From an uncultured bacterium (GTDB lineage: Bacteria > Hydrothermota > UBA3073 > NMUJ01 > CBEVQO01), in NCBI GenBank assembly GCA_965552055.1, contig CBEVQO010000002.1:416001-480000 (forward strand): a stretch of 64,000 bases of DNA. The letters run 5' to 3'. The notes below the pieces were generated by a model. That model ran no database searches. It was not told the origin of the DNA and worked only from the letters and a program-made list of their open reading frames with translations. Shown here piece by piece: positions 59,103 through 64,000 of this stretch (positions are counted from its first letter, which is position 1; each line of letters starts with the position of its first letter). The position numbers were made by a program, and so were the translations under genes.

Positions 59103-59715
59103 ATGCTTTTATGAAATTATCTTCCCATTCTTTTCCAAATAATTTCATCGCTGTATCCCCTGTGCAATGAGAAGGTGCTATTTTTTCCACACCTAATTCT
59201 TTTAATTTGTTTATAACTTTATAAATTTCCTTTCGCGAAGTATGAAAAAGATGGAATCCCCCCATCAATAAATAAATTTTTTCATTTAATTTTTCTTTAA
59301 ACAATTTTGCGATGTTTTCTACTCCTGGATGTGCGCAACCTGTAAGAATTACAAGACCTTTTTCTGTGCGTATGCAAAGGGATTGCTCTTTCACCCATCT
59401 ACCCATCTCGCCCGATGTGTAAACATTTTCCAGAATTTCCGAAAAACTTTTAATCTTTTGAAAAATTCTAATTTCCGGATTTTTCTTCAAAATCGCATTA
59501 ATTCCGCCTGTATGGTCATAATGGGAGTGTGATATAAACAGATATTTTAACTCTTTGGGATTTATTTTCAAAATTCCAAGATTTTGTATTAAAATATTAC
59601 CGTCGCTTCCTGTATCAAACATCAGTTTCAATTCGGGAATTACAGCAGAGTATCCCCAGCCTGTTTTCAGAAGTTTATGACCCGGATAATTATCGAAGGC
59701 AATTATGATTTTCAT
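59077..59715 (-). CDS. MBL-fold metallo-hydrolase
   Basis: FDTG, SHSHYDHTGG, GCAHPG, GGFHL, PSHCTG; start at ATG 59715. Confidence 0.88.
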   Translation of the reverse strand: MKIIIAFDNYPGHKLLKTGWGYSAVIPELKLMFDTGSDGNILIQNLGILKINPKELKYLFISHSHYDHTGGINAILKKNPEIRIFQKIKSFSEILENVYTSGEMGRWVKEQSLCIRTEKGLVILTGCAHPGVENIAKLFKEKLNEKIYLLMGGFHLFHTSRKEIYKVINKLKELGVEKIAPSHCTGDTAMKLFGKEWEDNFIKAYVGAEINI

Positions 59716-59720
59716 CCCAT

Positions 59721-59747
59721 AGTTTAAACAAATATTGTAATTGTCAA
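59721..59747 (-). promoter_or_regulatory. Leaderless promoter TTGACA-N15-TAAACT-N5-ATG
   Basis: Read directly. Confidence 0.7.
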
Positions 59748-59757
59748 CAATTTTCAC

Positions 59758-59784
59758 TTGACAAAGTACTATTTTGAATAATAA
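59758..59784 (+). promoter_or_regulatory. Promoter TTGACA-N15-TAATAA for tRNA-Arg
   Basis: Read directly; -10 box lacks the final T. Confidence 0.55.
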
Positions 59785-59793
59785 TTATTGTGT

Positions 59794-59867
59794 GCCCCCG
59801 TAGCTCAACTGGATAGAGCATCGGATTTCTAATCCGAGGGTTGGGGGTTCGAGTCCCTCCGGGGGCA
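59794..59867 (+). tRNA. tRNA-Arg(TCT)
   Basis: Acceptor GCCCCCG/CGGGGGC; anticodon arm TCGGA-TTTCTAA-TCCGA. Confidence 0.95.
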
Positions 59868-59876
59868 GGAGGTATT

Positions 59877-61382
59877 ATGAAAGAAAAATATGATGTGGTA
59901 ATAATTGGAGGAGGTATTTCAGGGCTCACATGTGCTGCATGGCTTTCGCGTAAAGGTCTCGAAGTATTGCTCATTGAGAAAAACGATAGAGTGGGAGGAT
60001 TGTGTTCTACATTTAAAAAAGGAGAATTCTTATTCCATCCCTGTGCATCCGTAATAGCCGGGTGTTCAGACGGCTTCTTACCGAAGTTATTTTCGGAGCT
60101 TAAATTAAAAGATATCGATTTCATCCCACTGCCATCGGTATTCAAATATGTGATACCAGGCTACACTGTTACGGAGGATAGGGATACGGGTAGTTATGTA
60201 AATCGTCTGAGCGAATTGTTCCCCAAAGAGCAGGCATCTATAAAATCGTTCTTCGAAGAAATGCAACATATTTACTCTGACCTGGAGAAAGTTATACTTG
60301 CTGATGACAGGATAAATTACGGAAAAGTTAAAAAATCGCCTATAACAAAATATACAGGTAAAACATTAATTCAGGTTATCAGGAAGATATTTAATTTTAA
60401 GGATGAAAAATTAATATCTTTACTTTGTGGCCTGCCTGCTTCTTTAATGTGCTTACCACCCGAAGAAGTATCCTTTCTTTCTTATGCCTTTTTCGTTATG
60501 CAATGGCATAATGGCGGATGTTTTATCGTAAAAGGAGGCATTCAGAACCTTGCAGATGCCCTTAAAGGAAGCATTGAAGAGCATGGCGGAGAAGTACTTT
60601 TATCGAGCACTGTTAAGAAATTGTTAATAAAAGATAAAAAAGTTTATGCTGTCCGCCTTGAAAATGGAGAAGAGATACAGGCAAATTATTTCGTATCCGC
60701 TATCAATCTTTATCACCTTTATTTAAATTTACTTGGGATAACCAACTCCGATATGGATACCGTTAAGAAATTGCGAGATGCTACTTTGCCTTATTCTATT
60801 TTTGGGGTATGTGTTGGCGTTGATGCTAAAGTAGTGGCTGATGCTGAGCCTGCATACCATTGTTATAGCCCTGCTTATAATTTAAGTGAATGGTATTCCA
60901 CCATTGAGAAAAATATGTATTCCATTGATGCTCAAGTAATTGCTAATGCAACTCTGGTTGCAGATTCTTCGCTTGCATCCAGTGGAAAAGCTACTCTCAC
61001 TCTTTATCTACCTGTTACCTATCAAACAAAAGCCAGCTGGCCCAGTTTGAAAGAAAAAATGGCAGATGTCCTGATAAAGAGAGCCGAAAAATTGTTCCCA
61101 GGAATTAAAAATGCTGTCTCTGATTATATGGCATTTACACCTATTGATTATGAAAACTGGATTTTGAGCGAAAAGGCATCACTTACTGGCTTTGCTGAAA
61201 CAGTTAATCACTCACTTGATAGAAGATTTGCTCATAAAACAATTTATGATAATTTGTTTACATGTGGACAATGGACACAACCGGGAATGGGAATTAATTC
61301 TGCAATCTACTCTGGCTTAACTGCAGCCAAAATTATTTTGCAAAAAGAAGGTATTGACCCACTTAGAGAATTAGGTTATTAG
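59877..61382 (+). CDS. FAD-dependent oxidoreductase, phytoene desaturase/COG1233 family
   Basis: IIGGGISGL, EKNDRVGG, KGGIQNLADAL, NLFTCGQWTQPGMG; SD GGAGGT before ATG 59877. Confidence 0.85.
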   Translation: MKEKYDVVIIGGGISGLTCAAWLSRKGLEVLLIEKNDRVGGLCSTFKKGEFLFHPCASVIAGCSDGFLPKLFSELKLKDIDFIPLPSVFKYVIPGYTVTEDRDTGSYVNRLSELFPKEQASIKSFFEEMQHIYSDLEKVILADDRINYGKVKKSPITKYTGKTLIQVIRKIFNFKDEKLISLLCGLPASLMCLPPEEVSFLSYAFFVMQWHNGGCFIVKGGIQNLADALKGSIEEHGGEVLLSSTVKKLLIKDKKVYAVRLENGEEIQANYFVSAINLYHLYLNLLGITNSDMDTVKKLRDATLPYSIFGVCVGVDAKVVADAEPAYHCYSPAYNLSEWYSTIEKNMYSIDAQVIANATLVADSSLASSGKATLTLYLPVTYQTKASWPSLKEKMADVLIKRAEKLFPGIKNAVSDYMAFTPIDYENWILSEKASLTGFAETVNHSLDRRFAHKTIYDNLFTCGQWTQPGMGINSAIYSGLTAAKIILQKEGIDPLRELGY

Positions 61383-61464
61383 CGGAGGTGGCGGAAAGGT
61401 AGACGCTCTGGACTTAGGATCCAGTGGGGTTTTCCCCGTGTGGGTTCAAGTCCCACCCTCCGCA
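61382..61464 (+). tRNA. tRNA-Leu(TAG)
   Basis: Acceptor GCGGAGG/CCTCCGC; anticodon arm CTGGA-CTTAGGA-TCCAG; long variable arm. Confidence 0.95.
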
Positions 61465-62289
61465 TCATTTGAAAATAACTATCTCTTCTTTTAGCTCTAT
61501 CCCAAATTTTTCTTTCACTTTATTTTTCACAATTTGAATTAGTTTATAAATATCCTCTGCTTTTGCTTTCCCTTTATTTATAATGAAATTCGCATGTTTT
61601 TGAGACACTTCTGCATCACCTATGCTTAATCCTTTACAACCAGCAAGTTCTATCAACCTACCTGCAAAGTTGTCTTCTGGATTTTTGAAGATACAGCCTG
61701 CACTTGGAAAATCCAAAGGAAATTTTTTTCGCCTTTCTTTCAAAATTTCATTTATCATTCGTTTTATAACCTCTTTCTCTCCTTTCTCACATTCAAAAAC
61801 TACCTCAATTATTACCTTTCCCGTATTTTTGAAAATACTTTCCCTGTATCCAAATTTGCATCTTTCTTTTGGTATCTCAAAAATTCCTTCCTTTGTTGCA
61901 TATTTCACTTTTAATATTTTATCAGAAATTTTCTTCCCTTTAAATCCTGCGTTCATTGCAGTAGCTCCTCCGATGGTACCTGGTATTCCTGCAAGAAATT
62001 CAAACCCTTTTATTTCGTTTTTTATGCAAAAATTCAAAAACTTTGTAATGGGTAAGCCTGCTCCTGCGGTTAAAAACTTATCTTTCAGTGTTATCTTCGA
62101 AAAATAAGGATATTTTATTAGCAGAAAAGGGGTTTTTTCGGCACTTTTTAAAATCAGAACATTTGAACCTCCTCCTATTACATAAAATTTCTCAACTTTC
62201 TTTAAAAATTCCATCAAATCTTCTTCGTTTTTAGGCTGAAATAAAATTTCAGGATTTATTTCTGTTCGGAAAGTAGTTATGTATTCCAT
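61465..62289 (-). CDS. murB: UDP-N-acetylenolpyruvoylglucosamine reductase
   Basis: GGGSNVL, GIPGTIGG, MNAG, SAGCIFKNP, HANFIIN. Confidence 0.93.
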   Translation of the reverse strand: MEYITTFRTEINPEILFQPKNEEDLMEFLKKVEKFYVIGGGSNVLILKSAEKTPFLLIKYPYFSKITLKDKFLTAGAGLPITKFLNFCIKNEIKGFEFLAGIPGTIGGATAMNAGFKGKKISDKILKVKYATKEGIFEIPKERCKFGYRESIFKNTGKVIIEVVFECEKGEKEVIKRMINEILKERRKKFPLDFPSAGCIFKNPEDNFAGRLIELAGCKGLSIGDAEVSQKHANFIINKGKAKAEDIYKLIQIVKNKVKEKFGIELKEEIVIFK

Positions 62290-62918
62290 CAAACTGTTTC
62301 TTTAATTAAGGCGATGATTGAACCTATTATCAAACTTATCAAGGCAGCGATTAATAAATTTAGCTTGATGTTAGGGACGGCGGGTTTCTTTGGCAAATAA
62401 GGTTTATCCAGCACTTTTGCCATTGGATTTATAGCCGTTAATTTTAATTCTTCATTTAATTTATTGAGAATCTGGGGATAAAGATTTGCTATTGCAACTG
62501 CCACATCAGGGCTTTCGTCTCTGACCCTTATTTCAATCACACCTTCTTTTGTTTTCCTTATCCTTGTTCTTTTTCTTAAAATACTAACAGCACTTCTAAT
62601 TTCTTTGCGATTATAATGTTCTTTTAAATTCAATTTCTTTACGATTTCTTCGCAAATTTTGTTGCTTTGAAGTAATGCGAGTATCATTGAGACAGAAGGT
62701 GAAGGTATCTCAAATGATGTAAAATATGGGATAAAACCCGGTGATGGCAATTTTTCAGAGGACGGAGGCAAAAGTGAAATGCGTGCTTCATATAAAGGTG
62801 TCATCTTTTTTGAGATTACAAATGTTACTATTTCGCTACCTATAAAAATAGTTAAAATAAGTATTTTCCTTTTCCACAATATTCTCCAGATATCTATAAG
62901 TGTTAGTTCTTTTTCCAT
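62289..62918 (-). CDS. Wzz/GumC-like chain-length determinant (short)
   Basis: ELTLIDIWRILWKRK, two TMs, PLYEA, VLDKPYLP. Confidence 0.8.
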   Translation of the reverse strand: MEKELTLIDIWRILWKRKILILTIFIGSEIVTFVISKKMTPLYEARISLLPPSSEKLPSPGFIPYFTSFEIPSPSVSMILALLQSNKICEEIVKKLNLKEHYNRKEIRSAVSILRKRTRIRKTKEGVIEIRVRDESPDVAVAIANLYPQILNKLNEELKLTAINPMAKVLDKPYLPKKPAVPNIKLNLLIAALISLIIGSIIALIKETV

Positions 62919-64000
62919 TTATTTTTTAATAACAGCTATTGCGAGTGCTATATCTTTCAGTAAAGCAACCCACTGGGTTACCATATCCAATATGGATTTC
63001 TTTTCAACGAGATAAGGCTTCGGAGGCACAACTATTATATCACCTGGTTCAACTTTTTGACGCCTTCCTCTTATTACTTTGCCCGATGCCTTTATAACAT
63101 ACACATCTTTTTTTAAAGCATCAGGTGTAAAACCTCCTGCCAATTTTATATAATGTAAAGCAGATGAACCTTCTGCATAGGAAATTATACCGGGCTGATA
63201 AACACAGCCTATAACCTGAATATAATTAGGTTTTGACGGGACATGTAAGCTGTCGCCATTTTCCACTATCACATCAAATTTTTTCTCCTTTCTCATTACT
63301 TTCTCCAAATCAATAGCAACCCTTCCCTTTCCCGCAAATGCCTGTAATTGCTGTAAAAATTTCGTTTTCATAAATAAAGTATATTCCTTCCTTCGTTTTT
63401 TTAACGGGTCTCTTTCTGTTTTAATTTCTTCCTTTAGTTGCGTAATTTCGGATTGCAATCCCGCGATCTGGGGCTTTACAAAAACATTTACATATTTTTG
63501 TGCAACTTTGCGATAAAAAACAGCACCTTTTAAATAAGCATTGGGTGTAAAACCACCAGCTCTCTCAACAACCTCGGAAAGATGTGTACCACGCGGCACA
63601 AAATATACCCCTGGTTTATTAAATTCACCTGTTAAAGTAACTTTCACAAAGTCAGGTAACGCATATTTTATCTTCTTAAATGAAAATACATAAATACTGT
63701 CATTATCATTCAAAGGCAGTATCGAATCTTTCATCAAATTTATAAAAAATTTCTCCCTTTCGCCTTTTTCATTGTATCTGAAAAGCAAAGCAGTTTCATA
63801 ATAAGTATCGTATTTTAATCCCCCTGCTTTTTTTATCAAATCGGAAAGTGTAAGTCCTTTATTGAATTCATATTTTCCTGGAACATTAACATTACCATCT
63901 ATGCTCACAACATGTTTCATCTGTAAAGGCAGTTTTTCAACTACTATGATATCCCCATTCTGCACCTTAAATTTAGAGAAATCCGAACTCTTAACTTCCA
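62919..64000 (-). CDS. SLBB-repeat polysaccharide export protein (Wza/KpsD-like), partial
   Basis: Repeated V.G.V..PG.Y...AGG units; frame stays open to the window end. Confidence 0.85.
   Translation of the reverse strand, partial: EVKSSDFSKFKVQNGDIIVVEKLPLQMKHVVSIDGNVNVPGKYEFNKGLTLSDLIKKAGGLKYDTYYETALLFRYNEKGEREKFFINLMKDSILPLNDNDSIYVFSFKKIKYALPDFVKVTLTGEFNKPGVYFVPRGTHLSEVVERAGGFTPNAYLKGAVFYRKVAQKYVNVFVKPQIAGLQSEITQLKEEIKTERDPLKKRRKEYTLFMKTKFLQQLQAFAGKGRVAIDLEKVMRKEKKFDVIVENGDSLHVPSKPNYIQVIGCVYQPGIISYAEGSSALHYIKLAGGFTPDALKKDVYVIKASGKVIRGRRQKVEPGDIIVVPPKPYLVEKKSILDMVTQWVALLKDIALAIAVIKK

Noticed and set aside
59794..61464. tRNA-integrated genomic island
   Set aside because: No duplicated tRNA 3' end (att site) and no integrase.
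1..64000. CRISPR array or cas genes
   Set aside because: No regularly spaced direct repeats and no Cas-like ORFs seen.

Overview
Gene-dense, AT-rich chromosomal segment from a diderm bacterium, probably anaerobic and of the FCB neighbourhood (WOR-3/Hydrothermae-like; the taxonomy is my inference). Housekeeping content: secA, udk-like kinase, rph, rluD, rpsO, dgt, thi4, wecB, malic enzyme, rnfD/rnfG, a tsaC fusion and murB, plus four tRNAs and a stand-alone 5S rRNA. Accessory content: secreted proteases (C14, M6, S8), two tandem serpins, a TonB receptor/PorV/CTD-protein locus, a GcvH-LplA-CCG-LUD-Ldh operon, orphan hdrCB, and a tandem DUF5618-like duplication. I saw no integrase, transposase, reverse transcriptase or CRISPR array. 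Two non-coding signals stand out. (1) All 17 promoter-like TTGACA/TTGACT boxes I found are followed by a -10 box after exactly 15 bp rather than the canonical 17, and about half appear to drive leaderless genes. (2) A GC-rich structured element occurs twice (11546-11700 and 17466-17588). Each copy has a tandem-GA mini-hairpin, alternative stems and a G-quadruplex-like tract ending about 10 bp before a -35 box. All alignments and counts were done by eye.
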